A DNA stretch of 64,000 nt from NCBI GenBank assembly GCA_964601085.1, contig CAZRLN010000001.1:19166-83165 (forward strand), written 5' to 3'. The stretch is from an uncultured Veillonellaceae bacterium. GTDB lineage: Bacteria > Bacillota > Negativicutes > UBA1444. Positions 57,207 to 64,000 of the stretch are shown in pieces; within the stretch, counting starts at the first letter, position 1; each line of letters begins with the position of its first letter. A program made the position numbers and the translations under genes. The notes beneath the pieces were generated by a model, which had not been told where the DNA came from, made no database searches, and was given only the letters and a program-made list of their open reading frames with translations.

Positions 57207-57779
57207 ATGTTTATCACGGCAGGGGATATTCGGTTGCGTCGGCCTGAACCCAAGGATGTGGACGAATTATATAGCTATCGTAATGACCCCGGAATTGTTG
57301 GCGCGTTATGCGGGTTTTCTAAAGGATACTCCCGGGCGGATATGTTGGATTGGGTCGAACGGCAACGCAAAAATCAGCAGGACCTTGTTTGGGTGATTGC
57401 TGATGCGGAAGACCGTTGCATTGGTCACTGCGGGTTATACAACATCGATTTCAGTGTTGGTACGGCTGAAGTCGCAATATGTATCGGCAAGGCTGATTTT
57501 CGAAAGGGGCAAAGCCGGGCCATTATGGAGGCGCTAAAAGAATATGGCTTTGGCTATCTGAATCTGCGGAAGATTCGGGGTGAAGTGCTTGGTACGAACA
57601 AATTGGCGATCAATTTCAACAAAAAATGCGGCATGAAAGAAGAAGGCATATTGCGCGAAGAGGAATATAGAGACGGACAGTATGTTGACGTGCATGTTTT
57701 TGGGTTGTACCGAAGGGACTGGAAGCCGATCTTGCCGGGAACTGACGAAAGTGGCCGAGTTTGTGAAACGAGGGGATGA
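57207..57779 (+). CDS. GNAT N-acetyltransferase (RimL/PseH-like), paralog 1
   Basis: Acetyltransf_3-type GNAT: LRRPEPKDVDELYSYRNDP...IGHCGL... Confidence 0.8.
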   Translation: MFITAGDIRLRRPEPKDVDELYSYRNDPGIVGALCGFSKGYSRADMLDWVERQRKNQQDLVWVIADAEDRCIGHCGLYNIDFSVGTAEVAICIGKADFRKGQSRAIMEALKEYGFGYLNLRKIRGEVLGTNKLAINFNKKCGMKEEGILREEEYRDGQYVDVHVFGLYRRDWKPILPGTDESGRVCETRG

Positions 57780-58333
57780 TCTTTTTGCTGATTGACAACG
57801 TCGTCCAGCTGCGGCGGCCTGAACCGGAAGATATTGAAGCGATGTATGACTACCGCAATGATCCTCGGATTGTCGCAACAATGGGGATGACTTCCCGCGG
57901 ATTTGCCCGTGCCGACGTTGCCGAATGGATTGACTCCCATCGAAAGAATAGGGATGATCTCGTTTGGACGATTGCCGATTTGAATGATCGGTGTATTGGC
58001 CACTGTGGACTATACAAGATTAATCCCCGAAACGGAGTTGCGGTGATCGGTATTTGCATTGGCGATGTTGGCCTTTGGGGCAAGGGGATCGGGACAACCG
58101 TAATTGATGGCGTGGTTACGTATGCCTTTCAACAAATGAATCTCCGGAAAATCAAGGCGGAAGTGCTCGCGACAAACATTTCAGCACGGAAGTTGTTCGA
58201 TAAACTCGGTTTCAAGACTGAGGCGATTTTGCGGGAATACAAATATCGAAACGGACAATATCTGGATTTTCATGTTTTGAGTGTATTTAGAAATGAGTGG
58301 GCACAACGGTGCGAACAATGGCAGCCAGAATAA
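57776..58333 (+). CDS. GNAT N-acetyltransferase (RimL/PseH-like), paralog 2
   Basis: About 55% identical to paralog 1 (LRRPEPEDIEAMYDYRNDP...IGHCGLYKIN). 4-nt overlap with the paralog 1 stop. Confidence 0.8.
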   Translation: MIFLLIDNVVQLRRPEPEDIEAMYDYRNDPRIVATMGMTSRGFARADVAEWIDSHRKNRDDLVWTIADLNDRCIGHCGLYKINPRNGVAVIGICIGDVGLWGKGIGTTVIDGVVTYAFQQMNLRKIKAEVLATNISARKLFDKLGFKTEAILREYKYRNGQYLDFHVLSVFRNEWAQRCEQWQPE

Positions 58334-59403
58334 AACCCTGGGAAGCTGGCAGCGAATTTCACTGGATGCCGCTGGCGCATGGTTCACGCAAACCCTATTA
58401 TTTAACGGCGGCAAATCTCTATTCATGCGGCCGGTCGGCATTGGCGGGAATCCTTCAATACGGCAGGGAAGTTTTGGGTTGGAAACGTTTGTGGATTCCT
58501 TCCTATTACTGTCCGGAAGTTGTTGAGACGATATTCGCCACAGGAATTTCAGCAGAATTTTACTTTGACTCTCCAATGGATCAGGTTGTCGTTCCAAGGG
58601 ATATTCTTCCTGGCGATGCAATCCTAATTGTCAATTTTTTTGGCGTGAAAAGTCGGGAAGAGTATGAGGAAATTTTTCGATTGGAGATTCCGGTAATCGA
58701 AGATCATAGTCATGATCCCTGGAGTCTTTGGGTAATGCAAAGCCAGGCCAGTTATCTGACTGCTTCGCTAAGGAAAACATTGCCAATTCCGGATGGCGGC
58801 GCGACTTGGTCGAATATCGGGTCGCATCTCCCGCCTCAACCAGCGCAGAAAGGTCAATCGAGCAACGTACCCGTTGAAAAAATTGAAGCAATGCTACTTA
58901 AAACCTTATATTTAGCCGGAAAGATTTCGGATAAGGAACGGTATCTCGAACTATTCAATTCCGCTAAACATAATCTTTGCCTTTCAACGGTTGATCAGCA
59001 GTGTGGCGAAGAACCGATCAGCGAACTTTCCAAAGGGATTTTGACCTCGTTTCCCTGGCGAGGTTGGCGCGCAAAACGGTTAGCGAATTACCGGCGTTTG
59101 CGACAACAGGTTCTGGAAAAATCGGGGATGAAAATATTGGAATCCAATGACCGGGATGTATGTCCTTTTATGATGACGGTGTTGTTTTCTACCCGAAAAA
59201 AACGGGATCAGATGAAAAAGAGATTAATTAAAAATTCCATTTATCCTGCCATAATTTGGCCGATTGAAGAAAGTCATGCTTGGGCAAGCGAACGGGCAAA
59301 AATATTGTCAGGGCAAATACTGTCCATTCACTGCGACGGCAGATACTCTCTGACCGATATGGACAAAATCGCTGCGATATTCAACCAAGGCATCGTTCCA
59401 TAA
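58318..59403 (+). CDS. divergent DegT/DnrJ/EryC1/StrS-like PLP-fold enzyme
   Basis: Fold-type I AAT pattern is recognisable: YSCGRSALAGIL...EVV...IPVIEDHSHDP...ASLRKTLPIPDGGA parallels the DegT nSGTaAL...DEVI...vIEDaAqAhG...fSFhptKnltxGEGG motifs. Many consensus residues are replaced. Start uncertain (GTG 58297 or ATG 58318), overlapping GNAT-2. Confidence 0.5.
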   Translation: MAARIKPWEAGSEFHWMPLAHGSRKPYYLTAANLYSCGRSALAGILQYGREVLGWKRLWIPSYYCPEVVETIFATGISAEFYFDSPMDQVVVPRDILPGDAILIVNFFGVKSREEYEEIFRLEIPVIEDHSHDPWSLWVMQSQASYLTASLRKTLPIPDGGATWSNIGSHLPPQPAQKGQSSNVPVEKIEAMLLKTLYLAGKISDKERYLELFNSAKHNLCLSTVDQQCGEEPISELSKGILTSFPWRGWRAKRLANYRRLRQQVLEKSGMKILESNDRDVCPFMMTVLFSTRKKRDQMKKRLIKNSIYPAIIWPIEESHAWASERAKILSGQILSIHCDGRYSLTDMDKIAAIFNQGIVP

Positions 59404-59427
59404 ATTGAACCAACAAGGATGGGAATT

Positions 59428-60498
59428 ATGGAATTTTTTAAAATGCTGGACGCTTCCAACAGGGAGGAATATGAAACTTGGCTGCAGGTTTGGTCAGAGT
59501 GGCCGGCGCGCGAAGTGTTCGCGCACCCGGAATATGTCAATCTGTTTGCCAGAAAATGTGATCGTTCGGTATGCGCCGTTCAGAAAAAAAGCGATGGATT
59601 GATCATCATGCCGATGATTATGCGACCAATTTCGGCGGAAATTTGGGCGGACGAGGAAAACCAGTCGTATGATATGGTTGCGCCTTATGGCTATGGTGGA
59701 CCGTATGTGTCAGGGCAATATAACTTGCAAGAATTTTGGCGCCACTTCCTGCGATGGGCGACTGAGAGAGGAATTATCGCCGCGTTTTTTCGCTTTTCTC
59801 CGTTTGCGGCCGATATTTCCGGATTAATTGATTCAGTGGATGTTACCGGCGGAAATGTGATCCGGTCTCTGACCGAAGGAAAGGATGGAATCTGGAACGA
59901 TTACAAGCATGCGGTTCGAACTTGTGTCCGATCGGCAGAAATGAACGAGGTTACAGTGGAATTTGATGAAACGGAAGAGCGATTGCCAAGTTTTATTCGC
60001 CTATATTACCAAACAATGCAACGATGCCATGCGGATCGGCAATATTTTTTCCCAGTGGAATTTTTTCATCGAATCGTTGCGAATTTGCGGGGACAGTATT
60101 TCTTTGCCTTTGCAATGTTTCAGGGGAAAGAGATTGCCGGGAAATTGGTTTTGTATTCGCAAGAACATCTGTATCCGTTTCTCGGCGGAGCTGATGAACG
60201 ATTTTTCAACTTAAATCCGAATCAACTTTTGGACACCAGGATTTTTTACTGGGGAGTTGAAAACGGGAAAAAAAGTTGTGTTCTGGGTGGCGGTTATGAC
60301 GGATACGATGGTGTTTTTCAGTATAAAAAAAAATTTGCTCCAACTGGTGTTGTCCCTTTTTCAGTAGGGAAACACATTCTTGATCCCACTGAATACAGAA
60401 AAATGTATGCAAAACGGCAAGAATATGAAATGAAACAGGGGCGGAATTGGAACAATGAAGGGATCTTCTTTCCCGAGTACCGGTCAAAAAGCGATTGA
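59428..60498 (+). CDS. FemAB-family / BioF2-like (Acetyltransf_6) transferase, paralog 1
   Basis: Family pattern LYYQTMQRCH...FF, NPNQLLDTRIFYWGVENGKK...LGGGYDGYDGVFQYKKKFAP (cf. FemAB/TIGR03019 PEP-CTERM-associated FemAB-related proteins). Alternative start at 59419. Confidence 0.7.
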   Translation: MEFFKMLDASNREEYETWLQVWSEWPAREVFAHPEYVNLFARKCDRSVCAVQKKSDGLIIMPMIMRPISAEIWADEENQSYDMVAPYGYGGPYVSGQYNLQEFWRHFLRWATERGIIAAFFRFSPFAADISGLIDSVDVTGGNVIRSLTEGKDGIWNDYKHAVRTCVRSAEMNEVTVEFDETEERLPSFIRLYYQTMQRCHADRQYFFPVEFFHRIVANLRGQYFFAFAMFQGKEIAGKLVLYSQEHLYPFLGGADERFFNLNPNQLLDTRIFYWGVENGKKSCVLGGGYDGYDGVFQYKKKFAPTGVVPFSVGKHILDPTEYRKMYAKRQEYEMKQGRNWNNEGIFFPEYRSKSD

Positions 60499-60535
60499 TA
60501 CAGGAATGTGGACCGTCGATGGAGGCTGTGCAAAT

Positions 60536-61600
60536 ATGTTTAAGATTTTGGATGCCGCCGATCATAATGATTATTCAAAATGGCTTCGGATATGGGAGAG
60601 TTGGCCATTACGAGAAGTCTTCGCGCATCCGGAGTATGTTAAGCTGTTCGCGCGAGGATGTGATCGCGCCGTGTGCGCGGTTCAGGAGAATGCCGACGGA
60701 ATGATTCTTCTGCCGTTGATTTTGCGTCCATTAGCAGCGGAACCTTGGGCGGGAAAAGATACTCCATATTTTGATGCAGTTGCGCCCTATGGCTTTGGCG
60801 GTCCATTTATCAACGGGCGATACGACATGGAGGAGTTTGGACGTCATTTCAAGGCTTGGGCGCAAAACGTCGGAATTGTGTCCGCGTTTTTCCGGTTGTC
60901 GCCATTTGCCGCAGATATTAGGAATATGGTCGATACCGTGGATGTGAGCGGCGGCAACGTGATCCGATCGCTATCGGAGGGGTATGACGAGATTTGGCGG
61001 GATTATAAACAACTGGTCCGCACTCATGTCAAAAAAGCAACCCAAAGCGGGGTAACCGCGGAGTTCGATGAAACCGGCGATAGCTTGCCGGCCTTTATCC
61101 GCTTGTATTACCGGACGATGCAACGATGCCATGCAGCGCAGCAATACTATTTTTCTGCAGATTTTTTCCGAAAAATCACAACGCGTCTGAAGGGGCAGTA
61201 CTTCCTTGCCAAGGCCAAGTATAAAGAGGAAGTGATCGCAGCGTACATTGTGCTGGTATCGCAGGAAAGCATTTATTATTATCTTGCCGGATCGAATGAA
61301 AATTTCTTTCACCTCAGACCCAATCAGTTTTTAACCAATGCCGTATTCCAATGGGGGATCGACCACGGAAAGAAATGGTGTATTCTAGGGGGCGGATATG
61401 AGGGGTATGATGGTGTGTTTCAATATAAAAAAGCGTTTGCACCCGCAGGAGTAGTTCCCTTTTTGGTTGGCAAACACATTTATTATCCGTCGGAGTATCA
61501 AGATTTCTGTGAAAAGCGAAAAGCGCATGATCTTCAAAATGGATTGAGCTGGATTACCAATGATTCCTTTTTCCCAGCCTATCGAACTAAGAATGATTGA
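60536..61600 (+). CDS. FemAB-family / BioF2-like (Acetyltransf_6) transferase, paralog 2
   Basis: About 60% identical to paralog 1 (FAHPEYVKLFARGCDRAVCAVQ..., RPNQFL...GGGYEGYDGVFQYKKAFAP). Confidence 0.7.
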   Translation: MFKILDAADHNDYSKWLRIWESWPLREVFAHPEYVKLFARGCDRAVCAVQENADGMILLPLILRPLAAEPWAGKDTPYFDAVAPYGFGGPFINGRYDMEEFGRHFKAWAQNVGIVSAFFRLSPFAADIRNMVDTVDVSGGNVIRSLSEGYDEIWRDYKQLVRTHVKKATQSGVTAEFDETGDSLPAFIRLYYRTMQRCHAAQQYYFSADFFRKITTRLKGQYFLAKAKYKEEVIAAYIVLVSQESIYYYLAGSNENFFHLRPNQFLTNAVFQWGIDHGKKWCILGGGYEGYDGVFQYKKAFAPAGVVPFLVGKHIYYPSEYQDFCEKRKAHDLQNGLSWITNDSFFPAYRTKND

Positions 61601-61653
61601 AGCATGACGACTGAGATACAGGTGACGAAGAATTAAAAAAGGAGTGAGCCTTC

Positions 61654-62901
61654 ATGGCAATTCCGCAAAAACGTATCTGTCTTTCGCCGCCCCATATGAG
61701 CGGTTTCGAGCAGGAATATGTGTCGGATGCTTTTGCGTCAAACTGGATTGCTCCGTTGGGTCCCCACGTGGATGCCTTTGAAGCCGGAATTGCCAAGTAT
61801 GTCGGGTGCAAGGCGGCAGCAGCCCTGTGTTCAGGAACTGCGGCCATTCATCTGGCATTGAAATGCGCCGGTGTTCAAAAAGGCGACTGGGTATTTTGTT
61901 CCTCATTGACCTTCGCGGCGTCCGCCAATCCGATTCTGTATGAAGGAGCCCGGCCGGTCTTCATTGATTCGGAACCCGAGTCATGGAACATGTCGCCCAT
62001 CGCCTTGCGCAAGGCGATGGCGGATGCAAAAAGAGAGTGCAGACTTCCCAAAGCGGTGATTATTGTCAATTTGTATGGGCAAAGCGCCGATATGGATAAG
62101 TTGTTGCCAATCTGTGAAAGATATTGCGTTCCCGTTATTGAAGATGCGGCGGAATCCCTTGGCGCGACCTATCGGGGCAAAGCCAGCGGCACTTTTGGCA
62201 AATACGGCATGTTCTCTTTCAATGGCAATAAAATCATCACGACCTCGGGCGGCGGCATGCTCATATCGGACGATGTCGAGGCGATACAGAAAGCCCGGTT
62301 CTGGGCAACCCAGGCGCGTGACCCGGCCCGGCATTACCAGCACAGCGAGATTGGCTACAACTATCGCTTGAGTAATATCGCGGCGGCGATTGGCCGGGGA
62401 CAGTTGTGCGTATTGCCAGATCGCATAAAAAAAAGGCGCAAAATATTTGCGCGGTATTTTTCAGAACTGGAACGATATGATGGGCTTGAATTTATGCCTG
62501 AAGCCCCGTATGGACAGTGTAATCGCTGGTTGACAACGATGACGATCGATCCGGCCCGATCAAAAGTAACCGTCAACGAGGTGATGGATGCTTTGGCGGA
62601 AGAAGATATCGAATCCCGGCCTGTCTGGAAACCGTTGCACCTCCAACCGATTTTCGCCACATATCCTTACTATGCGCATGGCACGACGGAGAGTGTGTCG
62701 GACCGATTGTTTGAGCAGGGGATCTGTTTGCCGTCTGGCAGCAACATGACCGAAGAAGAGCAAGCGAGGGTGATCAAGGTGATTCAGGACTGCCTTGGGC
62801 ATCGCGAGGCAAGTTCCGTCGGATTTTTCTACGGCTCAAAGGGCGGAAACAGCCATTGGCTCAATAATGAGGCCGTTTTAGGCAATACATCGACAAATTG
62901 A
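61654..62901 (+). CDS. DegT/DnrJ/EryC1/StrS-family sugar aminotransferase (PglE/WecE/Per-like)
   Basis: Canonical motifs CSGTAAIHLALK, IVNLYGQSADMD, IEDAAESLGATYRGK and FSFNGNKIITTSGGGML (PLP Lys). RBS AAAGGAGTG. Confidence 0.9.
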   Translation: MAIPQKRICLSPPHMSGFEQEYVSDAFASNWIAPLGPHVDAFEAGIAKYVGCKAAAALCSGTAAIHLALKCAGVQKGDWVFCSSLTFAASANPILYEGARPVFIDSEPESWNMSPIALRKAMADAKRECRLPKAVIIVNLYGQSADMDKLLPICERYCVPVIEDAAESLGATYRGKASGTFGKYGMFSFNGNKIITTSGGGMLISDDVEAIQKARFWATQARDPARHYQHSEIGYNYRLSNIAAAIGRGQLCVLPDRIKKRRKIFARYFSELERYDGLEFMPEAPYGQCNRWLTTMTIDPARSKVTVNEVMDALAEEDIESRPVWKPLHLQPIFATYPYYAHGTTESVSDRLFEQGICLPSGSNMTEEEQARVIKVIQDCLGHREASSVGFFYGSKGGNSHWLNNEAVLGNTSTN

Positions 62902-63233
62902 CAACCATAACAAGATTCTTCTTTCCACATTACAGTTGCGGAAAAAAACAATTTTCCCAGGGAAGTTTCCAGCTCCAATCCTATTTGTTGCTGCAATTCC
63001 AGGAATGAATCGGTCTGAATTGTCAATCCTTCCGGAGAAATTTGCGAAGCTAGAACCTGGTTGCGAATATCAGGCTGATTTTTGGTGAACAAAATAGCAG
63101 GCAGGGATTTTTTCACTCTCGACCGACCTTCTTTTTTCCTTAATAAATGCGATATGCTTGCTCAAGCATAATACATTTTATTTATCATACCATATTGGGA
63201 ATCAAGTTTGAAGAAAATGGAGGATTGATTCAT

Positions 63234-64000
63234 ATGCCGGACCGATCCCGGCCGTTAAGAATTTTGCATATCGTGGGACGCATGAACCGGGGCGGCGTGG
63301 AAACTTGGCTGATGAATCTGCTGCGAACGGTAAGTCGGGATTCCTGGCAAATGGATTTTTTAGTCGGCGATCCCACACCGGCTGACTATGATGAAGAGAT
63401 TCGGCAACGTGGCGCCCGAATATTCCCGTGTTCGCTCCAGAATCCTTTTCTGTACATTTTTCGCTTGATCGGCATTTTGCGGAAGTTTGGTCCTTATGAT
63501 GCGATTCACAGCCATGTGCATCATTTTAGCGGAATAACCCTGCTGATCGCCTATTGGGCGGGAATTCCCGTACGAATTGCCCATAGCCATAGTGACACGG
63601 CGGGCTTGGACTCCAAAGCGGATTGGCGGCGCAGGCTCTATCTGACATTAATGAAAAAATTGATTGACCGCTATGCGACGGTGGGCATGGCAGTGAGCCG
63701 GGAAGCTGCAACGGCTCTTTCCAACGGGAATGCATCCCGCCTGACATGGCAAGTCCGACATTGCGGAATCAATCTTGCGGATTATAGCCATCCCGTTGAT
63801 CGGGAAGCGTTGCGGCAAGAATGGGGAATTCCCCGAACTTCGTTTGTGATCGGGCATGTGGGGAGCTTTACTTTGGTAAAAAACCATAGATTCATTTTGC
63901 AGGTGGCGCAGGAAGTGTTCCGACGGAAACCGGACAGTAGATTGGTGCTTGTCGGGGATGGACGCTTGCGTATCGATATCGAGAATCAGGCAATGAGGCT
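63234..64000 (+). CDS. glycosyltransferase family 4 (N-terminal part; 3' end outside window)
   Basis: LRILHIVGRMNRGGVETWLMNLLR GT4 N-terminal domain. No stop before the window end. RBS GGAGGA 10 nt upstream. Confidence 0.8.
   Translation, partial: MPDRSRPLRILHIVGRMNRGGVETWLMNLLRTVSRDSWQMDFLVGDPTPADYDEEIRQRGARIFPCSLQNPFLYIFRLIGILRKFGPYDAIHSHVHHFSGITLLIAYWAGIPVRIAHSHSDTAGLDSKADWRRRLYLTLMKKLIDRYATVGMAVSREAATALSNGNASRLTWQVRHCGINLADYSHPVDREALRQEWGIPRTSFVIGHVGSFTLVKNHRFILQVAQEVFRRKPDSRLVLVGDGRLRIDIENQAMR

Noticed and set aside
1-64000. Search for CRISPR arrays, rRNA, tRNA and T-box leaders
   Set aside because: No regularly spaced direct repeats were seen. No cloverleaf-like segments or rRNA-like stretches were recognised by eye in intergenic regions. 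The gaps upstream of hisS and alaS are too short for T-box elements. These absences rest on visual inspection only; tRNAscan-SE or Infernal would settle them.

Overview
This 64 kb window is a high-GC (roughly 55-60%), gene-dense, almost entirely plus-strand chromosomal segment with Clostridia/Negativicutes-like Firmicutes gene order. The first ~40 kb are core housekeeping genes in conserved synteny: relA C-terminus, dtd, a Fur-family regulator with a HemZ-like radical SAM gene, hisS-aspS, an Rrf2 regulator with nifS-nifU, alaS-ireB-ruvX-DUF1292-mltG, a U32 peptidase, aroQ, pepP, efp, the asp23 operon, nusB, a Kae1/TsaD-like gene, xseA-xseB-ispA-dxs-tlyA-nadK-argR-recN, buk, an EndoQ-like gene, xerD and pdp. 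A small low-GC insertion (~6.9-9.3 kb) carries an acyltransferase-3 gene and an exported SagB-type nitroreductase. From ~40.5 kb to the end of the window, immediately after a strong terminator and an orphan IS3-family OrfA remnant, lies a >23 kb lower-GC polysaccharide (EPS/O-antigen-like) biosynthesis and export locus of the Wzx/Wzy type. Its core genes are two tandem Wza-like OPX proteins, a PCP/Wzz, a BY-kinase-like ATPase, a PglF/CapD-like dehydratase, Wzx, Wzy, GT2, several GT4s, TviB/TviC-like UDP-GlcNAc dehydrogenase/epimerase, and a PglC-like priming transferase. Unusual accessory genes in the locus are a secreted beta-helix protein, two tandem GNATs, a divergent DegT-like enzyme, a canonical DegT aminotransferase and two tandem FemAB-family transferases. 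The most unusual content is in this locus. The BY-kinase homolog has lost the Walker A lysine, the Walker B aspartate and the C-terminal tyrosine cluster, so it is predicted to be a pseudokinase. The tandem FemAB-like, presumably aminoacyl-tRNA-dependent, transferases sit next to amino-sugar genes, which suggests an amino-acid-decorated amino-sugar polysaccharide. No CRISPR arrays, rRNA or tRNA genes were recognised. All functional calls rest on motif-level recognition by eye, without database searches.
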